Assembly: GCA_023246195.1 (NCBI GenBank)
Contig: JAHFIW010000004.1
Location: forward strand, 1-61,974
Length of the DNA stretch: 61,974 nucleotides
Origin: a bacterium
GTDB taxonomy: Bacteria > Patescibacteriota > Patescibacteriia > SG8-24
Reading direction: 5' to 3'
Positions 8,110-15,842 of this stretch are shown one piece after another. The notes beneath the pieces were generated by a model. It was not told the origin of the DNA. It did no database searches and saw nothing but the letters and a program-made list of their open reading frames with translations. The stretch's first letter is position 1, and every line of letters starts with the position of its first letter. Both the position numbers and the translations under genes were made by a program.

Positions 8110-8118
8110 TGCTATACT
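8110..8118 (+). promoter_or_regulatory. extended -10 element TGCTATACT, 8 nt from ATG 8127 (implies a leaderless mRNA)
   Basis: tgctatact tccgccgt ATG read directly. No Shine-Dalgarno is possible in that space. Confidence 0.55.
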
Positions 8119-8126
8119 TCCGCCGT

Positions 8127-9557
8127 ATGCGCATTATCAGGATCGTCGTCATTGCCGCTGCTGCCACGTCGTTGCTGGCAGCGTCATTGACGTCCGTGGC
8201 ATTGGCCGCCACCTTCAACCCCGAACACATTCTCGACGACGTCACCCTGCGCCGCTACGACGCAATGTCCTACGCCGAGATTCGTGATTTTCTTGATAAA
8301 AAGGGCGGCCTTGCCAATGTGCGAGACATCGATCCGGTCGACGGCAAGCGCAAGAACGGCGCGCAGATAGTGGCCGATGCCGCCGTGCGGTATCATGTAA
8401 ATCCGCAATACATCCTGGCGCTGATCCAAAAGGAGTCCAGCGCGGTCGAGACGAACGTGCCGGCCAAGAAGCAGCTGGAGTGGGCTACCGGCTATGCCCT
8501 TTGCGACGGGTGCGCGCGCGCTTCCGCCTTGGCGCAGAAGTATCGCGGTTTCGCGCGACAAGTAGACGCCGGGGCAGGCTGGATCGATTGGTTTTTTCAG
8601 CACTCCGCGATTGACGCGTCACTGCGCCGACCGGGCATCACTTACTCGGTCAACGACACCTTCGTCACGCCCGACAATCTGGCCACTGCCGCGCTCTACA
8701 GCTACACGCCGCACATGCATGGCAATCTGTTACTTTGGACCATCTGGAACCGCTGGTTCGGCGACGGAAACTCTGAGATGCAGTTTCCCGACGGGACGCT
8801 GGCGCGCGATGCCAAGACGGGCGCGATTGCCCTGGTGCAGGCCGGAAAATTCCGCCAGGTTGCCAATCCCGCAGTCCTTGCCTCCCGCTTCAGCGGCATC
8901 GTTCCCGTGGACATCGACCATGACGTCTTCACGGGTTTCGTGCAGCAGTCGCCCGGCCGCCCCGTGCGCTTCGCGGATTTTTCGCTTGTCCGCACGGAAG
9001 ACGGCGCAATCTATCTTCTGGCAGGTAACGCCAAGCGTCACATCGTTTCGATGGAAGTATTCGCCAAAATCGGTTTCAATCCCGAGGAGGTCCGCCCTGC
9101 CACCGTCGCGGACCTTGCGGACTATGCCGACGGTGACCCCATTACGGCCGCCACCGAATCCGCAACGGGTGAGCTGCTGCAGGATGAGGAAACCGGGGGC
9201 ATCTACTACGTCGCCGACGGCACCAAGCATCCGCTCTACGACAAGGCGCTGCTGGCAGTTAATTTTTACAACGAGCCGATAGGTCGCGCGTCCACCGCCA
9301 CGCTGTCAGCCATGGCAGATGGCGATCCGATACGTTTCGACGACGGCGTGCTGGTGAAAGCGCCGTCTGATCCTGCGGTGTATGTCATTTCTGGCGGCAA
9401 GAAGCGTCCGATTCCCAGCGAGGACGTTTTCCTGTCATTTGGGTACCGTTGGTCCAACGTCATCGTCACCTCGCAAAAGATGCTCGATCTGCATCCTATC
9501 GGCGATCCGTTGTCCGTCGTAACCGTCCCGCAACGCTTGCAGGCGCTCGCAAAGTGA
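8127..9557 (+). CDS. secreted cell-wall-associated protein: signal peptide, N-terminal peptidoglycan-hydrolase-like domain, C-terminal repeat modules
   Basis: Signal peptide MRIIRIVVIAAAATSLLAASLTSVALA. NPQYILALIQKESS motif. Repeated modules (DGAIYLLAGNAKRHI, GGIYYVADGTKHPL, PAVYVISGGKKRPI). Paralog of 53103..55274. Confidence 0.7.
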   Translation: MRIIRIVVIAAAATSLLAASLTSVALAATFNPEHILDDVTLRRYDAMSYAEIRDFLDKKGGLANVRDIDPVDGKRKNGAQIVADAAVRYHVNPQYILALIQKESSAVETNVPAKKQLEWATGYALCDGCARASALAQKYRGFARQVDAGAGWIDWFFQHSAIDASLRRPGITYSVNDTFVTPDNLATAALYSYTPHMHGNLLLWTIWNRWFGDGNSEMQFPDGTLARDAKTGAIALVQAGKFRQVANPAVLASRFSGIVPVDIDHDVFTGFVQQSPGRPVRFADFSLVRTEDGAIYLLAGNAKRHIVSMEVFAKIGFNPEEVRPATVADLADYADGDPITAATESATGELLQDEETGGIYYVADGTKHPLYDKALLAVNFYNEPIGRASTATLSAMADGDPIRFDDGVLVKAPSDPAVYVISGGKKRPIPSEDVFLSFGYRWSNVIVTSQKMLDLHPIGDPLSVVTVPQRLQALAK

Positions 9558-9577
9558 ACTACCATCTGTAGTGTATT

Positions 9578-10342
9578 ATGCACATACCTGCCGTCCCCAT
9601 TGCCTACCTCGCGGGCCTGCTATCGTTTTTTGCCCCCTGCGGCGCAGTGCTTCTGCCCAGTTTTTTTGCCTACACCTTCAAGAAGCGCTCTGAGCTGATC
9701 GTAGCCACTTTCTGGTTCCTCGCGGGATTTTTGACGCTGTTCATTCCTCTTGGCTTAGGCATCCGCCTCATCTCGACGCCGCTGCTGTTGCATCGCCGCG
9801 AGCTCACCTGGCTCGGCGGCATCCTGTTTTTCGGACTCGCCGCTTACGCCCTTGCCGGACGAAGCCTGCACGTTCCAGTGCCGCAGTTTCTCAGCAAGCG
9901 CGGTTTTCATCACGACTCGCTTTCGTCGTACCTGATCGGCATAGTCTTCGGCTTCACCGTAGCCGGATGTACCGCTCCACTGCTGGGCATGGTTTTTGCG
10001 CTTTCGGCGATGGAACGCAATCGCCTCTTTTCACTGGTGATCCTCACCTCCTACGGCATCGGCTTGGCAACGCCCCTGCTCGCGCTGGCCTTCGTCGCCG
10101 ACAGGGTAAAGTTGCTAAAGCATCCCGCGCTCAAGGGAAAATTGTTGAAGTTCAAAATGGCCGACAAGGAGCATACGGTGCACTCCACGAACGCCATCGC
10201 CGCGGCATTCATGGTGTTGCTGGGAGTCGTCTTTATCGCATCTCAAGGCACGTTCTTCATGAGCAGTCTCGGCGCGGATTCGAAGCTGGCGGACTTCAAC
10301 ATGAACGCCGCCGACTATCTGGCCATGCTGCACTATCGATAA
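9578..10342 (+). CDS. ccdA: CcdA/DsbD-family thiol-disulfide transmembrane electron transfer protein
   Basis: Multi-pass membrane protein with conserved Cys in TM1 (SFFAPCGAVLLP) and a later TM (VAGCTAPLLG). Confidence 0.65.
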   Translation: MHIPAVPIAYLAGLLSFFAPCGAVLLPSFFAYTFKKRSELIVATFWFLAGFLTLFIPLGLGIRLISTPLLLHRRELTWLGGILFFGLAAYALAGRSLHVPVPQFLSKRGFHHDSLSSYLIGIVFGFTVAGCTAPLLGMVFALSAMERNRLFSLVILTSYGIGLATPLLALAFVADRVKLLKHPALKGKLLKFKMADKEHTVHSTNAIAAAFMVLLGVVFIASQGTFFMSSLGADSKLADFNMNAADYLAMLHYR

Positions 10343-10343
10343 T

Positions 10344-10367
10344 CGAAAAGCCCCGTGATTAACGGGT
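10344..10367 (-). terminator. weak intrinsic terminator overlapping the methyltransferase stop codon
   Basis: Stem CCCGT (10352-10356) / ACGGG (10362-10366), then a minus-strand CTTTTC. Confidence 0.35.
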
Positions 10368-11159
10368 GCGACGAGCCTCAAGGTAGAGGAACATCGGAAT
10401 CTCATTACGGGCACGGTTTTCCTCGGCCGCGCGCGGGCCGGAGTCGCTGGTCTTGTGAGAGGTCCACTCTTCCAGGTTCGTGATGACGAAGCCGCTGTTA
10501 ACCAGAGTCTTCACGTAAAATTGCAGCGGCCGATGAAACGATACGGTCGTCAGTCCGGGGTCATCGCCCGGCTTCATTTGGATCTTCACCCTTGTTTCCA
10601 AGAGATACTTGTCGACGCGGCGGTACTGCATGCCGTTCTTATCCCATTCCCAACTGCTGCCTTTGGGAACGCGAAATGCCGGATGGTTCAGTACCACGTG
10701 CAGCGTACCGTCGGGCTTGAGCGCGCGATGCACTTCCCAGAACGTGCCCTTGACGTCCTCGATGTTCTGAATGGCAAGGACGATGAGCGCGCGATCCATC
10801 GAAGCGGTCGCAACCGGCGTTTGCTGATTGGCGGAAGCGACGGCAAATTGCACCGACATCTTTTTCGGCGCCTCGCCCTGCTTTCTGCCGACGGTCGGCG
10901 TATGCTGCTTTGCCAGCGCGATCAGTTCCGGCGAGATGTCCGTACCCGTCACGTGCGCCCCGCACGAAGCCAACGCGTACGAAAAAAATCCCTGACCGCA
11001 GGCAAGGTCGAGGATACGTTCGCCACGCCTCACTTCAAGCAGACGCATCAGGTTGGGCAGGATGACGTTGGCTTGAAAAGTGTCATCTTTGCCGAGCAGT
11101 TGGTCGTACCACTGGGCGACGGCACCCCAAGAAGTAGAGGGAGTATTTTCGTCAGACAT
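10359..11159 (-). CDS. class I SAM-dependent methyltransferase
   Basis: Motif I ILDLACGQGFF, post-I acidic residue (GTDISPE) and motif II/III pattern. Confidence 0.8.
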   Translation of the reverse strand: MSDENTPSTSWGAVAQWYDQLLGKDDTFQANVILPNLMRLLEVRRGERILDLACGQGFFSYALASCGAHVTGTDISPELIALAKQHTPTVGRKQGEAPKKMSVQFAVASANQQTPVATASMDRALIVLAIQNIEDVKGTFWEVHRALKPDGTLHVVLNHPAFRVPKGSSWEWDKNGMQYRRVDKYLLETRVKIQMKPGDDPGLTTVSFHRPLQFYVKTLVNSGFVITNLEEWTSHKTSDSGPRAAEENRARNEIPMFLYLEARRTR

Positions 11160-11225
11160 AGCTTCGGATAAGTATCTTTTACATCAGCCTACACGAAATC
11201 GGCCGTTTTGCCAGAGTGAGACGCG

Positions 11226-12404
11226 TTACGGCGCGGGCGCTTCCGGCAGTACCAGCTGATAACCGTCCCCCACTTTCTGCACAGGTACGCCCAACCGCGC
11301 CAGTGTCTCGTCAGCCGCGGCATCGCTGGAAAAATTCGGCTGACTGCCGTGCAGAATTTGCACGGGAAACGCCTCCAGACCGACCACCTTGGTTCCCGCA
11401 AAAGTGACCTTAATCACCAATCCCTCCCGCGTCGGCACCGACCAGTCTTGGTCAAAGATGAAATTGCCAAGTCCGTAAAAAATGGCCTTGCCCTTGTAGT
11501 ACTCAACGGACTGAACCACATGCGCGTGATGGCCGATGACCGCGTCTGCACCGGCGTCGATGGCGGCGTGCGCGAAATCGATTTGCGACTTGTCCGGCAC
11601 GAAGGCGTACTCATGGCCGGAGTGCATCGAAACGATGACCACGTCGGCATTCGCGCGCGCGGCTTTGACCGCGACGGTCATTGCATCCGCGTCCATGAAT
11701 GCCGTACCGGCATGTTTGTCCGCGGCCGCGTAAGACGCAGGCACGACATCGTGATCATTGTACGCAAGAAAAGCGAATCGCAAGCCGTTGCGCTCAATAA
11801 TGGCAGGCGCATGCGCGACCGCGGCGTCTTCTCCTGCGCCCGCATAGGCTATGCCCGCGTCGTGCAGATGCTTGAAGGTGTCGGTCAGTCCCTTCTGTCC
11901 GAAGTTGGGAACGTGATTGTTGGCCAGCGACACTACGTCGAAACCCGCGTCGGCCAGACCCTTCACGGTGTCCGGGTCGGCGCGGAAAGTCATCTCTCCT
12001 GGTGCGATGGCCCTCCCCGGAGTGACAGCCGTTTCAAGGTTGGCAAACGCGATATCGACCCCGCGAGTGAAGTCGGCGGTGGCGGCGTAAGGATATTTGA
12101 CGTCATTCTTTTGACGGATGACCGCTCCCACTGAGCGCGAAAGCATGATGTCGCCCACCGCCACGAACGTGGTGCGCGGAACGGCGGCTCCGCTTGATCC
12201 TTTGGCATCGGGTACTACGGGGACGAAAGCCGACGCAGGCGACTGGCTCGCAATTTCGAAGGCAGTAGGTACCAGCGTAGACAGCGGAGTCGGTTTTGGC
12301 GGTGTGACATGTTGCGGCAAGGCCCTTACCGTTGCGGTCGCCAAGACAGCCAAAAAAAGGATGGTCGGCGCTGTCATGATGAGCATCGCGTGTCGGCTTT
12401 TCAT
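11226..12404 (-). CDS. CapA-family (PGA_cap metallophosphatase-like) protein, secreted or membrane-anchored
   Basis: VGDIMLSRSV, FANLETAV, SLANNHVPNFG, VSMHSGHEY, IGHHAHVVQ motifs. N-terminal signal or anchor. Confidence 0.8.
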   Translation of the reverse strand: MKSRHAMLIMTAPTILFLAVLATATVRALPQHVTPPKPTPLSTLVPTAFEIASQSPASAFVPVVPDAKGSSGAAVPRTTFVAVGDIMLSRSVGAVIRQKNDVKYPYAATADFTRGVDIAFANLETAVTPGRAIAPGEMTFRADPDTVKGLADAGFDVVSLANNHVPNFGQKGLTDTFKHLHDAGIAYAGAGEDAAVAHAPAIIERNGLRFAFLAYNDHDVVPASYAAADKHAGTAFMDADAMTVAVKAARANADVVIVSMHSGHEYAFVPDKSQIDFAHAAIDAGADAVIGHHAHVVQSVEYYKGKAIFYGLGNFIFDQDWSVPTREGLVIKVTFAGTKVVGLEAFPVQILHGSQPNFSSDAAADETLARLGVPVQKVGDGYQLVLPEAPAP

Positions 12405-12450
12405 TAGCGGATGTCGAAAATCATGAGATTATCCGAGAGAAATCATGGCT

Positions 12451-12459
12451 ATCATAGCA
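12451..12459 (-). promoter_or_regulatory. extended -10 element TGCTATGAT upstream of the CapA-family gene
   Basis: Reverse complement of atcatagca, 47 nt upstream of ATG 12404. Confidence 0.5.
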
Positions 12460-12491
12460 TACGAAAGATGCCGCGAGCGGTAACGAGCAGC

Positions 12492-12527
12492 AAAAAAGCC
12501 CCGTCCTGGAGAGAAAGGGGCTTTTTT
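12492..12527 (-). terminator. intrinsic terminator (symmetric, A-run and T-run on both sides) after the SLT gene
   Basis: Stem AAAAGCCCC (12494-12502) / GGGGCTTTT (12517-12525). Confidence 0.7.
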
Positions 12528-12531
12528 GTCA

Positions 12532-13116
12532 TTACTTGGCCATGGCGACCTCGACGGTCATCGGCGCGCTCCAGAGGCGTTCGCCGTTACGAAGCGCCGC
12601 TACCGCATAACCGTTATTGATGCCGCAGCCGTTATGACACTGAACCGCATATGCGACGTACTTCGGATAGCCGTTGCGTTCCATGTATTTGATGGTCCAC
12701 TCGGCGGAACAGGCGAGGTCCGTGGCGCATGCGCGGGAGACGTTGTGAAGGCGGTAGTGAATCTGGAAGTACCCAAGAGCCAAGCCATGATCGCCCACGG
12801 CATTGCTGATATTGCTGGATTCCTTCCACATCATGCCAAGCAGCGCTTTGGCGCAACCCTCCGAATAGCCGTGATTCTGACAAGCTTGCAGCAGAATCTT
12901 TTGGGCGGTGGGCGGAACCGGCAGCTGAGCCGGTGCATCGCCCTGGGTACTGAGAGGGTTTTCGTCAACAGAAGTAAGTTCTTGGCCCACATTAAGGCCA
13001 GAAACCGTTTCAGCCGACACCGATACTGGCTGAATCACCAAGATCAAGGTGAGAAGGGCCGTTGCGATCCTGCCGTAATTGTTGGCGGCCAGGGAGCGAT
13101 AGTTGGTCATCCTCAT
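12532..13116 (-). CDS. secreted lytic transglycosylase (SLT-domain) protein
   Basis: Signal peptide, then MMWKESSNISNAVGDHGLALGYFQI (catalytic E-S plus GxxQ pattern of SLT/GEWL domains). Confidence 0.7.
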   Translation of the reverse strand: MRMTNYRSLAANNYGRIATALLTLILVIQPVSVSAETVSGLNVGQELTSVDENPLSTQGDAPAQLPVPPTAQKILLQACQNHGYSEGCAKALLGMMWKESSNISNAVGDHGLALGYFQIHYRLHNVSRACATDLACSAEWTIKYMERNGYPKYVAYAVQCHNGCGINNGYAVAALRNGERLWSAPMTVEVAMAK

Positions 13117-13170
13117 ATCTTTGCTGTGTTAAGCCAAAACAAAATCGTCCGGTTTGGCGGGCGACGTTTG

Positions 13171-13199
13171 AGCCTACCAGAAATTGGTCATTTTGTCAA
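13171..13199 (-). promoter_or_regulatory. sigma-70 type promoter TTGACA-N17-TAGGCT
   Basis: Read on the minus strand (tgtcaa 13194-13199, agccta 13171-13176), about 55 nt upstream of ATG 13116. Confidence 0.5.
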
Positions 13200-13332
13200 C
13201 CCTAAGGTGGTCGTTTTGCCTTATCTTGAGGGAGAGTATCAGCAGTGGGGATATCCTACTGAAAAAAGGCGGAATGGCAAGGTTGGGACGGGTTTAGGCA
13301 GATTGACAAGCCGGCCGTACGCAAACGGCATA

Positions 13333-13358
13333 CAAAAAACCCCGATAAGCATCGGGGA
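13333..13358 (-). terminator. intrinsic terminator after the 13367..13624 gene
   Basis: Stem CCCCGAT (13340-13346) / ATCGGGG (13351-13357), then TTTTTTG on the minus strand. Confidence 0.7.
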
Positions 13359-13366
13359 ATGGCGCA

Positions 13367-13624
13367 TCACGCGCGAGCTTTGGCGATTTTTTCCAAGACA
13401 TCGAGCAGGTGCCGCTGCAAGTCGGCACGTCCAGCGGCGTCGAGCTGGCCAACGTTGGTCAAGCCTCGCGCCTTCAGAAATTCTCTTGTGGCAGGAAAAT
13501 CCGAGTTCAGGTCTTGCATGGCATTTTTCGACCTGATCAGCTGATCGCGGATCTTCTCGAGCTTCTCCAGAGGCATCTCCTGCAGCCTTTCGGCGAGATC
13601 CTCACGTTCTTTGTCGGTAAGCAT
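13367..13624 (-). CDS. hypothetical small helical protein (85 aa)
   Basis: MLTDKEREDLAERLQEMPLEKLEKIRDQLIRSKNAMQDL... AAGGA lies 6 nt upstream of ATG 13624. Terminator downstream. Confidence 0.55.
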   Translation of the reverse strand: MLTDKEREDLAERLQEMPLEKLEKIRDQLIRSKNAMQDLNSDFPATREFLKARGLTNVGQLDAAGRADLQRHLLDVLEKIAKARA

Positions 13625-13753
13625 CGTCAATCCTTTCTGTTGCGAGTGGATGCTAACGCAAAGACAGTCGAATGACAAGGCTTCCGCCCGCGCAAGTCCC
13701 GTCCCGTTCCTCATGTCCCCAAAGAAAAACCGGCCATGAAGGCCGGTGAATAT

Positions 13754-14716
13754 TCACTCCACGAATGGCTGCAATTGCCGCCGAAGGTTCGCCTTCAGCC
13801 GGTCTTCCAGTTGCTGGGCTCGCACCCGCGAAACGCCCATCTCGAGACCGACTTGTTTCGACGTCTTTTGGTCCTCTTTCTCGCACATCAGCCGTTCATC
13901 GAAGAGCTTCCGATCCCGCGATCCGAGGCCGCTTACGATCCGCTCCACTGCGCGGCGCAGCTGCGCACCGTCAGACTTCGCGGCCAGCACGTCGTCGGCT
14001 GCAGGCTGCTCAGACGCAATGAGCGCATAGAGCGTGGACTGCTCGCTTTCGTCATCGGTGCTGCCTGCCGGCTTATCCAGGGAACGGAAGTTGATCGCCT
14101 CGGCTTCACGGAGCCTTTCGACTTCCGCCGACTCCACGCCCAGCACGCTCGCGACTTCTTCGTCATGTGCCCGCCTGCCGGAACGGACTTCGGCGCGAGC
14201 GTTCAGCGTACGCATCCGCGCGACTTGCGACCGGATATTCCGGCCAAGCTTGATCGGCTTGCCGTACTCCCCGATGGAGGCAAGCATCATCGCCTTCACC
14301 CAGTACTTGGCATATGAGATGAACTTGACCGTCCCCTCGGACTCGGTCTTTTCCCTGTCGGCATCGTACTTGACGATAGCCCTCACCAAACCGAGGTTCC
14401 CTTCCTGAATCAAGTCCTCGAGAGGTACGCCCCTCCCGCAAAATCGCCTGGCTTCCGCGACGACGAAGCGCAGATGCGCCCGCACGATGCGATCGCCTGC
14501 CGCCTTGTCGCCGGCAACGTATGCGCGCGCCAGACGCCGCTCTTCTTCGAGCTCCAACGGCACGAACCGGCGGATGTCTTCCAAGTAGCTGGCAATAGCC
14601 GTTTTCCCGTCGTTGAGTGCGCTCATCGTTGGCCTCTTTTTTGCGGCCTTTTGGACCGCCGAAGAAATGAATGCGGCATGTTGCCGCGTAAAAAGGACGT
14701 GCTTCGACCGTGACAT
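13754..14716 (-). CDS. RNA polymerase sigma factor, sigma-70 family (regions 2, 3 and 4)
   Basis: Region 2 (AHLRFVVAEARRFCGRGVPLEDLIQEGNLGLVRAIVKYD, FISYAKYWVK) and a region 4 HTH (SKQVGLEMGVSRVRAQQLEDRL). An alternative start at ATG 14626 has GAGG 6 nt upstream. Confidence 0.85.
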   Translation of the reverse strand: MSRSKHVLFTRQHAAFISSAVQKAAKKRPTMSALNDGKTAIASYLEDIRRFVPLELEEERRLARAYVAGDKAAGDRIVRAHLRFVVAEARRFCGRGVPLEDLIQEGNLGLVRAIVKYDADREKTESEGTVKFISYAKYWVKAMMLASIGEYGKPIKLGRNIRSQVARMRTLNARAEVRSGRRAHDEEVASVLGVESAEVERLREAEAINFRSLDKPAGSTDDESEQSTLYALIASEQPAADDVLAAKSDGAQLRRAVERIVSGLGSRDRKLFDERLMCEKEDQKTSKQVGLEMGVSRVRAQQLEDRLKANLRRQLQPFVE

Positions 14717-14758
14717 GAAGATGACCTTTTGGCAAGGCTGCGAGCGCGGACGAGACGC

Positions 14759-14787
14759 TTGCACGTTACTGCCGCGAAAGGTAGCGT
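14759..14787 (+). promoter_or_regulatory. promoter-like TTGCAC-N17-TAGCGT upstream of the 14820 gene
   Basis: Read directly. AAGGAG Shine-Dalgarno at 14808-14813. Confidence 0.4.
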
Positions 14788-14819
14788 AGAGACGGTTCTT
14801 TTACGACAAGGAGTGACAC

Positions 14820-15776
14820 ATGCCCATTGATTTCAGGCTCGATGACGAAGCGGGGCGTTCGCACAGGATCATCCGGCACTGGGAGATTGACGGTCACGAG
14901 GTGGCCCTCATTCTCCGCGGCCTTCTGGATGATCCTGGCAAAAAGACGGTCCAAGAGCTGGTATGCGAGTGCGACTACGACGTCGTGCCCGAGAAAGAAG
15001 ACGGCAACCCTACCGGCGTAGTCGTGGGTCGGCGCGATCCCGAAGACTGCAAGGCAAAAAAGGGCGTGAGAGCGGACTATCTCGCATCGTGCGGGAAGGT
15101 TCTGCGCAAGAACCTCGACGCCATCGGACTGGCGGAAACCATCCTGCTCATCCACCGCACCGTCGAAGCGGGACGGTACTACGGCCAGGCCGCGTCGGGA
15201 ATGATCTACATGCAGGAAGTCGCAGCGCTGCTCGGAAAGCAGGCGAACGAAGTCTACGAGGCCGTCAAGCAGCTTTTCGCCGAAGGAAAGCTGGACTTGA
15301 ACGGCATGATCCTGATCGATTTCGTGCCGCGCTTCCGCTTTCCGGAAGAAATCCGGCACATGATCCGCATGTTGGTCGAGTCGCCCCTCGGCTGGCCGAA
15401 CGGAGATGCCGGCAGCGGTGTCATCGATACGTTCGAACGCGCCATCAACGACTCGACGGACTACAAGCACGGCAAGGACGCATTTTGGGAGCACAACTAC
15501 CCCAACATAGCGCCAAACCACCTGCTGGAGTTCGGCATCTCTTTTATCGGCGCCGCCATCGATCGAGGCGAACGCGGAGCGCACGCGCGCGACAACCTGC
15601 GGTTCACCAACTGCGAAAACGTGGCCAAGTGGCTCGAAGTCACCGCTGAGCGATTCCGCGCGTTCGGCGCCGCCAACGGCTTTCCTCGAGCCCTTACGGA
15701 GGAACTCAAGGAAGAAGAAAAGCCGGCGATCCCGAAGCGTCGAAAGAAGAAGTCTCGAGCAAAGAAAAAGCCCTGA
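14820..15776 (+). CDS. hypothetical protein (318 aa) with a lysine-rich C-terminal tail
   Basis: Balanced composition, AAGGAG Shine-Dalgarno, tail KRRKKKSRAKKKP, strong terminator directly downstream. The fully overlapping antisense ORF (14766..15782) is R/A/V-rich and lacks these signals. Confidence 0.65.
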   Translation: MPIDFRLDDEAGRSHRIIRHWEIDGHEVALILRGLLDDPGKKTVQELVCECDYDVVPEKEDGNPTGVVVGRRDPEDCKAKKGVRADYLASCGKVLRKNLDAIGLAETILLIHRTVEAGRYYGQAASGMIYMQEVAALLGKQANEVYEAVKQLFAEGKLDLNGMILIDFVPRFRFPEEIRHMIRMLVESPLGWPNGDAGSGVIDTFERAINDSTDYKHGKDAFWEHNYPNIAPNHLLEFGISFIGAAIDRGERGAHARDNLRFTNCENVAKWLEVTAERFRAFGAANGFPRALTEELKEEEKPAIPKRRKKKSRAKKKP

Positions 15777-15784
15777 TGACAAAA

Positions 15785-15817
15785 ACCGCCGCGCTCTCGC
15801 GTGGCGGTCTTTTTTTG
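15785..15817. terminator. bidirectional intrinsic terminator between the 14820 gene (+) and acnA (-)
   Basis: 10-bp stem 15785-15794 / 15799-15808, with TTTTTTT downstream and AAAAA upstream. Confidence 0.75.
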
Positions 15818-15842
15818 CGGAAGATTGCGCGTCAGGTACTCG

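Noticed and set aside
13117-13366. Possible c-di-AMP (ydaO-type) or other riboswitch in the 250-nt region upstream of the SLT cell-wall hydrolase gene
   Set aside because: I read the minus strand and found two promoter-like elements (TGCTGATACT and TTGACA-N17-TAGGCT). I found none of the conserved ydaO core segments or the pseudo-symmetric helices. Only a covariance-model search (Rfam/Infernal) could settle this.
14766-15782. 338-aa minus-strand ORF fully overlapping the 14820..15776 plus-strand gene
   Set aside because: The composition is R/A/V/L/F-rich, typical of antisense frames in GC-rich DNA. It has no Shine-Dalgarno site, promoter or terminator of its own. The plus-strand gene has all three.
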